A DNA stretch of 64,000 nt from Eledone cirrhosa (Eukaryota), in contig OZ024741.1 of NCBI GenBank assembly GCA_964016885.1, positions 224,316,001 through 224,380,000 on the forward strand. The letters are read 5' to 3'. The position numbers were made by a program, and so were the translations under genes. Below the pieces are notes generated by a model. That model did not search any database and was not told where the DNA came from. It saw only the letters and a list, made by a program, of their open reading frames with translations. Shown here one piece after another: positions 25,391-37,739 of this stretch (position 1 is its first letter; every line of letters begins with the position of its first letter).

Positions 25391-26782
25391 AAATTTAATT
25401 CTACAATGCTCTAAACCTATCACACCCTCTAAAACTAAATACCTTACATTGGCTCACACATCTTCAGTTACATCATCTTTGTGCCATTATTAAAAAGACC
25501 CATGACAATGGATTGGAAGTATCGGTAAAGGGTCGGATGCCATGCTTTGCAGCATAGAGTTAGGGTCTGAGTTTAAAACCCGCTGGGGTTAACTTTGTTG
25601 GGGTACGGGGTCGATAAAATAAAGTACCAGATAATTGTTGGCCTTGTGCCCAAAGTAGAAACAATTATTAAAAAGACCCAGCACATATTAATTGTTTCAC
25701 TCTGTCGCAGACAGTCAAAATTAAACCACTTAAATTGGCACACACATCTCCAGTTACACCTCATCTTTAAGCCTCTTTTAAATGGACTCAGTATAATAGA
25801 TTACACTGTGTCATCACCTTCATTTCATTGTTAATTCATCATCCTTTTTATGTTTGTTTTTTCTGTGCTTGCATGGATTAGACAAAATATTTTGAGGTAG
25901 GTTTTTCTACAGCCAGATGCACTTCCTGATGTCACATTTACTCCAAATTTCTAAGTATGGTATATACCATTAATGCGTGGCATATTGGCAGTCTTTAGAA
26001 CATCAAGCAGAATGTGCTGTGGTATTTATTCTGACTGAGTTCAAATCCTAATGAGATCAACTTTGTCTCTCAATGTTTTGAGATTGATAAAAATGTACCA
26101 GTCTAGTATTGGGGTCAATTCTATCTCTATATCTCTCTATCACTGTCTCTTCTTCTCTGGGAGCAATTGGTTGTGTCAAGACCTGGAGAGGGGATGGGCT
26201 TCACTAAGTTTAAAATGTGCAAGACATGCTGCATGTCATTACGACAGCCCTACAACACCATCAAGTTGGTCCTTTGAATTACAGGTATGATTCATATTTG
26301 CCAGTTGAGTTACTTGGAGCTACATGAAATAAAGTATCTTGCTGAAGGATGCAACACACTGCCAGAAATCAAACCCTTTAAACACTAAGCCATTCATTTT
26401 CATATTGTCTCCATTAGTGTCAATTTAACTGCTGTCAACCTTGACATCATACCATTAAGGTAGAAGCAATGTCTTTTAGCAGCCATGAATTGTGGCACTT
26501 GATAAAGTGGTGAGCCTGTTGGACACTGAGAATATAGCTAAACAGATTAACATTTTATCATTTGAAGACTATTTCTACATGAATTGAAATCTAGTGTGTG
26601 TGTGTTTATGTATTTCCTTCAGAAACAAATTGAGCAATTCAAACTAATCTCAAATCCATCACACTCTCTCTTCCTTTTTCTGTCTCTCACAAACACACAC
26701 ACATACATACACATATATGTGTATGTGTATGTGTTTGTGAGAGATATATACACACATATATATATATATACATACACATATA

Positions 26783-26816
<34 letters not shown>

Positions 26817-27254
26817 ATAAAGTTCAACATTGGTGAAGTCTCAGTTACACACTATTTATACAGATATAAATTTATCACACTCGGCTGCTGGCATACTCAA
26901 TAAATGTATACATCATCATCATCATCATTTAATGTCCATCTTCCACGCTAGCATACGTTAGACAGGTTTGTCCCATTTAAAGGTAAGTTGGGTTGGGTGA
27001 CCATGTCTCGCTCATATAGGACAGTTTCTGGCTGGTTTTCTACGGCTGGATGCCCTTCCTAGTGCCAACCGCATTTACAGTGTGTGCTGGGTGCTTTTTA
27101 CTGTGTCTTTTTATGCTACCACTTTAGTGTGGGCTGGATATTTTGTGGTACCAACATAACACACACTCACACACACACACACACATAAATATATATATAC
27201 ATAAGAGAAAAGAGAACTCAATACCGAAGTAGAGATTCAATATTCATTTTATTT

Positions 27255-27300
27255 TTGTCTGATGACCCTGTGATAAACAGGCAAAACTCCAGAGTAACAA
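27255..27300 (+). ncRNA. degenerate type I hammerhead motif (inverted copy at 28065-28110)
   Basis: TTGT-CTGATGA-c-CCTGT(GATAA)ACAGG-c-AAA-ACTC(CA)GAGT-A-ACAA. The core G12 appears mutated to A. Confidence 0.55.
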
Positions 27301-27685
27301 CACTCACTGTTTAGTCTTAATAAAAATAAAAATATATAAATACATATACATACATGTATATATATGTGTATATACACATATATGTATACATGTATATATA
27401 TGTATATATATATGTATACATGTATATATATATGTATACATACACATACATGTATATATATATATGTATACATACATGTATATATATGTGTATATACACA
27501 TATATGTATACATACACATACATATATATATATATGTATACATACACATACATGTATATATATATATATATGTATACATGCATGTATATATATGAATGCA
27601 AAAAAGTAAACACAAGCAACAGGTGAAACAACACAGTCATTTGAAGAAGTATATTAGTTTAACACTTGATATAGTAGGAACAGTG

Positions 27686-27721
27686 TCTTTAAGTTTCAGA
27701 CACTAATCCTTCATCAGAAGA
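27686..27721 (-). ncRNA. minimal type I hammerhead-like motif
   Basis: Minus strand TCTT-CTGATGA-AGGATTAGTGTCT-GAAAC-TTA-AAGA; stem I TCTT/AAGA. Confidence 0.5.
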
Positions 27722-28445
27722 TAGACTGAGAAATAGGTGGACAACTGATATATATATACATATATATATGTATATTTTATTATATACATGTATGTGTATG
27801 TATACATATATATATACATGTATGTGTATGTATACATATATGTATATGTATACATATATATATACATGTATGTGTATGTATACATATATGTGTATGTATA
27901 CATATATATATACATGTATGTGTATGTATACATATATGTGTATGTATACATATATATATACATGTATGTGTATGTATACATATATGTGTATATACACATA
28001 TATATACATGTATGTATATGTATATATATATATTTTTATTTTTATTAAGACTAAACAGTGAGTGCTGTTACTCTGGAGTTTTGCCTGTTTATCACAGGGT
28101 CATCAGACAAAAATAAAATGAATATTGAATTTCTCGTGTATATATATGTATGCAAAAAGTAAACGCAAACAATAAGGTATATATATACATACACATGTAA
28201 ATCATCATCATCATGATTTTTACGTCCGCTTTTCTATGCGTATACATGTGTGTGTGCATATAAATATATATCATCATCATCATCATCATTGTTTAATGTC
28301 CATCTACGCTAACATGGGTTGGACGGGTTTGTCCCACTTGAGGCAAGATTCGTCAGGTGACTGTGTCTCGCTCGTATAGAACTGTATTTGTATTCGGCTC
28401 AATTAATAAAAGACTCTCTAATATCTACAACTTTACATATATATA

Positions 28446-30990
28446 TCATCATCATCATCATCATTATCATCATCATCGTTTAACGTCTATCTTCCACGCT
28501 AGCATGGGTTTAGACGGGAATTGTCCCACTTGAGGCAAGATTGGTTGTCTTGCTTGTATAGGACTGTCTGGCAGGTTTTCTACAGCTGGATACCCTTCCT
28601 AACACCAACCACGTTTACAGTGTGGTCTAGGAGGTTTTTACCGTGTTACCTACACGGCCACATTACAGCGTGGACTGTGTTTTTTTTGTCGTGACACCTA
28701 CATGACCTCATTTATTTAGGACTGAACGTTGTGGTACCAACATAACTTTACAGAGAAAGGGTGGTGTAGATGGGGGTGGGGTGGGGTGTATTTTTGGTTA
28801 AGAGGTGCCTACTGACTGTAGGTTTCGCTTTGTACTTAGGCAAGGCGGGTCTTCTGTATTACTGCGTAGCGCCAAAGATCTCGGTCCAGTGACATTGTCT
28901 TGGAGAGGTGTAAGTGTATAAGGTCGGAATTTATCAAATCGTCCCAGGTTTTTCTGGGTCTGCCTACTCCGTGGCTACCGTCTATTTTGATCGCCCTGCA
29001 ATTTTTTTATACAGCTGTTGTCTTTCATGCGCATCACGTGACCATACCAACATAGTCTTCTCTCGAGTAAACAGCATCTGATCCCTCTTATTCCTAATTT
29101 CTCACTTAGTTTATTTATGCTTTGCCGTTCACGTATATTACTATTACACATCCAACAGAGTATGCAAGCTTCGTTCCTCTCCAGTCTGCACACAATGCCC
29201 ATGTCTCACTGCCATGTAACATTACTGTTCATAAGCAGGCATCATACAGTCTGCCTTTCATTTTTAGAGAGAAACCTTTAGTGGCCAATAGTGGTATAAG
29301 CTCTCTGAACTTTTTCCATCCCGTTCTGACTCTGGCTACTGTACTTTCAGAGCACCCTCCACCACTGCTGATTTTGTCACCCAGGTAATGGAAGGTGTCC
29401 ACTATTTCTATAGAACCATCAGGGCAATGGAAGGAGCTAGTATCCTGTGGGCACTTGCTACTTATTGCACCTGAGCACCGGCCACATATAAAATCTATGT
29501 TCTTAGTTAGCTTACTTGTGATCCCACTACATCTTTTATCTTTGCATTTGGGACATAAAATGGAGTTTCTGCCTACTCCTTTCCTACACACTGAGCATGG
29601 CCATTTCCCAGAGGGGACCAGTGCCCTATTTTTCTTCCTACATACTAGAACTTTAGTTTTAGACAAATTAACTTTAAGGCCTTTTGATTCTAGGCCATGC
29701 TTCCATGTTTGGAATTTCTTCTCTAGTTCAGCCATCGATTTAGCTATGAGCGTTAGATCATCTGCATATAGAAGTTCCCATGGGCAGCCAGTCTTGAACT
29801 CCTCTGTTATAGCCTGAGGGGCAATAATAAATAGGAGGGGGCTAAGGACAGAGCCCTGATGAATGCCAACTTTTACACTAAATTTTTCACTATATTTGTT
29901 GTTAATTCTAACCTTGCTGGCTGTTTCTTTACACATGGCTTCTATAGCTCTCACAAGCCATTCATCAACACCTAGTTTTCTAAGAGCCCACCAGATAATG
30001 GAGCGGGGGACTCTGTCAAAGGTTTTCTCCAAGTCAACAAAAGCTAAGTATAGGGGTTTACTTTAGGCTAGGTACTTCTTCTGTAGTTATCATACAAGTA
30101 AAAGAGCGTCTGTGGTACTTTTACCTGACACAAACCCAAACTGCATTTCATCTAGATCAATTTGCTCTCTGATTTGTTGCGCTATAACTCTTTCTGTGAC
30201 CTTCACGACCTGGTCAATTAATTTAATGCCTCTATAGTTTCCCCTATCTAGGGCATCTCCTTTACCCTTGTAGCAGTTAATGATGATGCTGCTACGCCAG
30301 CTATTTTGTATGACCCCATTCTGTATGACTTACTATTCGGGTGACCATAGTGTGTCCCACCGATCCAGATGCTTTCAGCATTTCAGCAACTATCTCCGAA
30401 GGCCCAGCTGCTTTGCCTGTCTTCATATCTTTGATTGCCTTACTTATTATACTACCTTCAACTTGCACTGCTGGTCCCTATTGGATCGATTTGGGGCAGA
30501 CTATCTTTTTTCCACTTATTCTCCTCATTTAGTAGCTTCTCAAAGTGACACTTCCAAGCTACCTTCTTATCAGCGTCAGTGATGGCAAGTATGCCATCAT
30601 CATTAAGGACACACTTCTCCCCGACAATATCATGGTTTTCCTTGACACATTGTCTAGCAATCCTGAACACCTCACGTTTTTGGTCCTTGCATTGTAGAAC
30701 ATGCTTGAACTTTCTTTCCTCTGCTTCCCTTCTTGCAAAGTACACTTGTCTCCTAGATTCCCCCCCTGGCCACTTGATAGTGTTCTCTGCTTCCCCCATC
30801 CCGCCATACTTTCCAAGCTTGCTTTTTGGTCTTGATTGACTCCTTCATGTTACTGTTCCACCACCAAGTTACTCTCCCCCTGTCTATAGGTCTGCTCCAG
30901 CCACAGATTTCATCTGTCGCCTTCAGCAGGTTAACTTTCAGGAATTCCCACTGTTCCTCTATACTGTATGTCTCTAATTGCTCTTCCTTA
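28446..30990 (-). mobile_element. 5'-truncated RTE LINE (RT with PHD-like insert), decayed
   Basis: MQFGF..GKSTTDA, AFVDLEKTFDRVPR, GIHQGSVLSPLLF, LLYADD, FHYLGD, RRLCWYGHV.RM; (GAT)n tail at about 28446-28480. Confidence 0.93.
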
Positions 30991-30994
30991 CTGT

Positions 30995-31830
30995 CAAAAG
31001 TAGTACATGACAGAGCCATACCCAATGACTGGTGCAGCAGTACAATAATAAATTGCAACAAGGGCAAAGGTGATGCTCTAGAAAGGAGCAACTATAGAGG
31101 AATAAAACTAATAGACCAAGTTATGAAAGTGACAGAAAGAGTTATAATGCAGCTAATTAGGGAAAGAATCAAAATAGATCACATGCAGTTTGGTTTCCTG
31201 CTTGGGAAAAGTACTACAGATACCCTCTTTCTAGTGAGGCAACTACAAAAGAAGTTCCTAGCTAAAAATAAGTCATTATATTTAGCTTTTGTTCATCTAG
31301 AAAATATCTTCGACAGAGTCCCTCAATCTATTAACTGGTGGTCCTTAAGAAAATTAGGTGTAGAAGAATGGCTTGTGAGAGCAGTACAAGCTATGTACAG
31401 AGGAGCTGTCAGTAAAGTGAGAGTAGGTAATGAGTTTAGTGATAAATTCAAGGTAAAGGTAGGATTTCATCAAGGTTCAGTTCTTAGCCCACTGCTGTTC
31501 ATCATAGTTCTTCTATGCAGATGATTTGGCCCTTATAGCTGAAGCCAAAAAAGAACTAGAAAATAAGTTCTGATTATGGAAACTGAATTTAGAATTAAAG
31601 GTCTAAGAGTAAACTTAGCCAAAACCAAAGTACTAGTGAGTAGGAAAGAAGATAGAACTATGATTCCTCCAGGAAAGTAGCCATGCTCAATGTGTAGAAA
31701 AGGAGTAGGCATAAACTCCATATGATGTACACAATGTAAATTTGGGGTACACAAAAGATGTAGTGGGATAACGAATAGACAACCAGGAAGGGAGAACTTT
31801 GCATGTAGAAGATGCACAGGAGAAATCGAG
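30995..31830 (+). mobile_element. second RTE RT fragment, divergent subfamily, opposite strand
   Basis: NYRGIKL, MQFGF, FDRVP, QGSVLSPLLF, YADD and a C4HC3 finger. Confidence 0.9.
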
Positions 31831-31839
31831 AGGAAGTGT

Positions 31840-32190
31840 GCATTAGTGCACCTGCTTTTGAAATTCTTGCACTTAATTCATCCTTCTGCTTTCCATCACT
31901 CATGAATATGTCCCCGAGATCAGTTCAGTGGAACTCTTTTCATATGTAGAGTACACTGCACAGGCTTCCTTGAGAAGACGAGTGTCTCAGTCACTGCAAC
32001 ACTGATTTTCATTCCAGCCATGCAGCACTCGGCATCAAACTTATCAAGTGCAAGTTGGAGTCCAGCTTCTGTCGATTTAAGTAACACCATGTCGTCTGCA
32101 AATTCCAGCCAACTGATTCTACACCCAACCATCGTGATATCACTTCCAACCTGCCTGCATATGTCAATCCTATTCATGTAAATTATGTAT
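31840..32190 (-). mobile_element. RTE-clade RT fragment without the PHD insert
   Basis: LEFADDMVLL, GMKIS..TE, ELSARISKAG; appears to be the same family as 24870-25390. Confidence 0.75.
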
Positions 32191-32498
32191 TTTAACCTTT
32201 ATATATATATATATATATATATTCAGCGAGAATCGTATTTCGGCTGGTAGAAAAAGCGAAACGAAACGCAAAATCGTAGAAATGCTGGCAAGCGCTCCAA
32301 TAGTTAAGAAAAACTAGAGCTAAAATAATGTCTATCTATATATCTATATCTATATATCTATCTATATAACAAAGAGGGTGTGGTAAGATACCAGGTGGAC
32401 CATAATACACCAGAGTACTCAATACTTAGGGTAGTAGAGTGAGTAATAGGATCTAGCTGTCGAAACGGCTGGAGCTTAGCCGTCGGGGTCCTGACTCT

Positions 32499-32548
<50 letters not shown>

Positions 32549-33574
32549 CTAAATTCTAGAGTGTCCGTCTCAATGGTACTAGCGGATTTTTACTTAAATT
32601 GAATTCATTAATCTATCTATATTCACCTTAATCACGGATACGCTCAACGAAACTAATCGATGTTCGTTCTAATGTATACACTGGCTAGCTTTAGTATCGA
32701 CAGCTTCCAGTTGATTGAGTGACATTGTACTATTGCTTGCAGCAAAATAAAAAAAAAAACAACAAGGTTATCTCCCCTGTCATCTGTTGTGACATCATCG
32801 TGTTATTAATACAACAGAACGAAAATTATCTCACTTGATCCGCCCGAGGAAAACATTTGAAAAAATTATTGTTGTTTTGTATGTAGTTCTAAAGTATTGA
32901 AAATATTAAAATACAGTAGAAACGACTGAGTACCTGGTTAAATACTATGCAATGTTTTAAGGGCAATGGTTTGGTAGAACCCCCGTAAAAATTGCCTTGT
33001 AGTATTTCTTTTAGCTCTACATTTTGTGTTCAAATCCTACTAATGTCAACTTTGTTTTTCATCCTTCTAGGGTCGATGAAATAAACTGCCAGTCAAGCAA
33101 GGGAGTCGATATGGTCGAATTTTCCCATACCACAAATAGCTGGCATTGTGACAATGTTAGAAAGAATTATGATTTTCTATCTAAATTCTAATCCTGCCAA
33201 GTTCAACATTATATTTTCACCCTACAGAGTTGATAAAGAAGAAACAGTGAAAAGTTGATTTATCAAATATAAATGTTTGTTCTTTAAACTCTTAGAAACT
33301 TCAATAGATTTTATACTCAAACATTTGTGCATTGATGTTTTAACAATGCACACGTTAAAATGATGATGCTGGTGGTAATGTAAATTAAACACTATTTTTA
33401 CACAAGAATCAGACAGACTGTTGAAGTGTTGTCTTAGACACAAATAAAGATTATACACAAATAAAGATTAACCCATGCTAACAAAGAAAATAGATGTTAA
33501 AATGATGATCATGCTGTGGCAGCTCACACATACATATACATATGAGAGTGTGTTTTTCTCTCTCTATATATATA

Positions 33575-34477
33575 TATAATAATAATGAAATTATTGTGTA
33601 CAGTGCTCAGGTGCACTACAACTCATCAAAGGTGCATGTATAGTACATAGAATAATATACAAATGTCAGGGAAATGAATAGTGTATGAGTCATGATATAT
33701 ATGTGTGCGTATGTATGGAGGGGGAATAGAGTCATGATATATATGTGTGCGTATGTATGGAGAGGGAATATATGGTGTAGTGTTGGCGAATCTCAGGAAG
33801 CATGGACGTTTTAAAGGATGCAGTGCCTCGACAGCTAATAACTGATGCAGGTAGTTTGTTCCATGCTTCAGCAACTCTGAGAGTGAAAAAATGTTTCCGA
33901 AAGTCATGGGAGCTGTGCTGTTTTCTGATTTGCAAGCATATCCATTGGTGTTAGACACATGGAAATGAAAAAGGTACTCAGGGTTGTTGTTTGCAAGATG
34001 GTTAATAATTTTGTGGGTGTTTACCAAGTCAGTTGCCAGACGTCGGAGCTTCAATGTATCCATTCCCAGGGAAGTAAGGCGTTCAGAGTATGGTAGATGC
34101 CTGATGGAGAGTATTCGCTTGGTTGCACGTCTCTGAACAGTTTCCTGGAGGTCAATGTTCTGAGCAAGATAGGGGTTCCAAACTGGTGATGCAAATTCTA
34201 AGTGTGGCCGCACCATAGCTATATACAGCTTTAAATAGATAGCTGGAGAGCGGCTGACAAAGGTCTTGCTAAGTGATACTAAGACACCCTCGGCCTTCTT
34301 GATAATTTTAGAGACATGCTTTGTCCAATGCAAATCGCTGTTGACGGTAATGCCCAGGTCATGTTCACAAGAAGACTTCTTGATATTAGTGTTGTGGAGG
34401 GAGTATGTGGACGCTGGGTTTTTACTACCAAAATGCATGGTGGTACACTTGTCGACAGCCAGCTTGAGTTGCCAGTT

Positions 34478-34478
<1 letters not shown>
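33575..34478 (-). mobile_element. CR1/L2-group LINE, 3' end
   Basis: DKCTTMHFG, DLGI, RPHLEFASPVWNPY, ETVQRRATK, FFTLRVAEAWNKLP; (ATT)n tail; 42-bp duplication in the 3' UTR. Confidence 0.9.
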
Positions 34479-34534
<56 letters not shown>

Positions 34535-34876
34535 AATAATTTCTATGATAGGAACAAGGCCAGCAATTTTTGGGGAGAGGAAAGTTGATTAAACCAACCC
34601 CATTACTTATTGGTGCTTAACTTTATCAACCCCATATGGTTGAAAGGCGAAGCTAACCTCGGCAGGATTTGAACTCAGAACATAAGGGGTAATAATAATA
34701 ATTGTTTCTACTTTAGGCACAAGGCCACCAATTTTTGGGGAGGGGATAGGCGATTAAATCGACCCAGTGCATCACTGGTGCTTTATTTTATCGACCTTGT
34801 AAGGATGAAAAGCAAAGCTAACCTCTGCAGGATTTGAACTCAGAACGTATAGGGCAATAATAATAATGGTTTCTTT

Positions 34877-35211
34877 CATCATCATCATCATTTCATTTTA
34901 CGTCCGCTTTTTCCCTGCTTGCAAGGGTGGGGCAGGAACTGATTCTGGCTTGGTTTCTACAGCTGGATGCCCTTCCTAACACCAACCTCATGAGTGCTGG
35001 GTGCTTTTTTGCCGTGGCACCTCCACGACCACTTTACAGTGGAATGATAGGGACCCCAGTCCCTATCATCTCATTCCTACAGCTGAGTAAACTGGAGCAA
35101 TGTGAAATAAAGTGTCTTGCTCAAGGAAACAATACATCACCCGGTCTGAGAATTGAACTCACAACCTTTCGATTGCAAGGCCAATGCTCTAACCACTAAG
35201 CGATGTGCCTG
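34877..35211 (-). mobile_element. tRNA-derived SINE family B, near-identical second copy
   Basis: Same head, body and tail as 20155-20495. Confidence 0.85.
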
Positions 35212-35214
35212 CTT

Positions 35215-37105
35215 TATTAAACACAAAAGGTTTCATCAAGAAAAACATTATGACAGCTCAGGACAAAAACATCTCACTCATCTTTCAACAAATTGGAGCA
35301 CTTCTTTTTCCACTCTCATTTTCCTCCTCAAGTTTAACCTGAAGAAGTTGTGGCTTTATCAAAAAGGAAAGTGCTTGTCTTTAAACCTTTCAAACATGTC
35401 CACATTACAATCTCTTTTGCCATGGCCACAAGACAGATAAAAATGGCCTGCCCTTCTTGACTAAAAGAAGGCAGCAGGACAATCTTCACAATAGACTCGG
35501 TTGATAACCAGATTTGTCCTACATGTGACAGCAGGTGTTTGACATAAACCCACAAGTCCAGTGCTCGGATACTGGACGATTGCATGCAGGACAGTTTAAT
35601 CACCCTGAACGCATTATGGACAGGCCTGGCTGATGGCACTTCCATGCCTATAGAGTTTATCGCTTTCATCCGCTACTCACCCTCTATTGAATGCCAAGGT
35701 GGAGTTTTCACTGATCATATTGCTAACACCTTGGCCAAAATTTTGATCTCTGCATATAGCAGTGTTATGGGTCTAAAATTATCTCTGTTGTCTCCCTTTT
35801 CAGGTCTTTTTTCAGCAGTGCCACCACTCCAAGGCTCATAGAACTGGGAATTCTCCCGTTCTGCTGCCAGTTGCTGTAGATAACAGCCAAGAGGTCACCA
35901 AACAAGTCTGGTATGTAAACATAAAGCCCATAAAGTAGACCATTCAAGGCAGGTGATTTGCCCTTCATGCAGTCGGCTAATGCCCTGCATTTCAGCGGCT
36001 GTTATCGGCTTTTTGCAACACTCTGCCTCCATTGCTGACAACCATGGCAGTCCATCGAGATAGGCTGTGAAGTCTATCTTGCAATCCGGCCTGCCTCCGC
36101 TTCCAAGCTATCAGGCAAAGTGCCGCTGAAAAGCCACACACATCTGCTTGAGATTGAGTATCAAACACCCATGGTGTTTCAAAGATCAAATTGTGGCTTT
36201 GTTACCACCCCATGCCTTCACCTCTCGAGCCCAATGAATGGCTTTTGTCCCCTCATGTCTAAGAGCACATGCCTAGCTCTAACTATGCATTCTTTGTGCT
36301 TAGCATTGAAGAATTGGTCCAGTTTTCTAACTAGCTCTCCCTCAGCTCTAGTTTTCTCTATTGCATACCACTATTTGTTGTTGACGTTTGCTCCCCTCAA
36401 CGCCTGCTTAACTAATTTGCTAAACCAGTCTCTGTAGGCTTTGTTCATTGGGAATTAGGCATTCAGCTTCCAGTAACTGAGTCTTTCCTATGATCTGGAT
36501 GATGTGATGAGGTTTGTCCATTTCCACATTGGCACATTTGGAAAATCCCGTTTGTACCTGTCAGACAGTTGGAAGTGTCTGAGCAGGGTTGTGATGATTT
36601 TACACCCTCCTCCCCGATCAGCTAGCCCCACACAGTCCTAATGTGAATCTAAGATACCGTTTCAGTTGCCCATTAAGACTAAAGAGTGAGACGTTCCTAG
36701 AAAGGTTTCTAGGCATCGGAAGAAATCTTGTCTCTGTTGGAGCATAGATGGCCAATAGCCTGAAGGTGTGACCTTCTCTGCTGGTCACGTCCGGTACCAC
36801 CAATTTACCCTCCAGGTCTGTATTGCGAGATCTATTCCTTTTCGGAACAATACGGCAACTCTGCCTCTAGATCTCAGATGGCTTGGAGATGCGTACACCT
36901 TGTAACCACCGAAAATGGGTGCGAAGGTTTGTGCATCGGAAACTCTGGTCTCGCTAATGGCCAGCACATCTATGTCCAGGGACCTGAGGTCATTGAGCAG
37001 GTGGCCCTGTTTCCAGGATAACCCAAGGCTACATGCATTCACACTGCCCATCTTGAGTGAGACCATGGTCGATTTTAAGGAGGAGAAAGTGGGAAAGGCC
37101 ACTTA
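35215..37105 (-). mobile_element. L1/Tx1-clade LINE ORF2 relic (APE endonuclease plus RT remnants)
   Basis: KMGSVNACSL, DVLAISETRV, RLLAIYAP, KGKSPALNGL (KSPGxDG-like), VRQACP; many deletions and frameshifts. Confidence 0.8.
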
Positions 37106-37739
37106 CCTTAGATTTGAGGGGAGGAAGTGCAGTAGTTTCATCTTTCGGGGGTCTTTTGGTTATATATAACAAAGTGTTTGCTTGAAGCATTGTGGAATAA
37201 GAAATACAAATTTAAATAAAGTTTAAATATTTGGAAGCCCGACAATGTGTGTGAGATTAAAAGTGCTAAGGTAATAGGAGTTATAGAGAATAAAAGGACT
37301 GAGAAAAGAGTGAGAACAGTAGAATTTTACCATAGTAATTATATTGATCCCAAATTCTTTCGGATTTATCATCCATTATCAAGGGAATCCGTGGGGAGGG
37401 GCTTAGAGAGCAATCTGAGAAGAGTTGTTGATGGCTGGTAGATTTAATTTGAATGAATGAAAAAAAAAACGTTAAAGCTTAAAGTTTTGCACATATGCGT
37501 AGGGAAAAATGTGTGTGAATATGTGTATGATATATGTATGTGTTTGCGTGAATGTAAGTGTGTGTCTGTAGTGATGAACACAGATTTAATTTTAATGAAT
37601 GAAAGGCAAAAACGTTAGAGTTTAATGTGAGTATGTGTATGATATATGTACGTGTGTGTGAGGGTGTAAGTGTATGTGTAGTGAGGAATGTAGATTTCAG
37701 GGTAAGGAAGTAAAAGGTCTGTGTGTAGGTGATCTGTGA

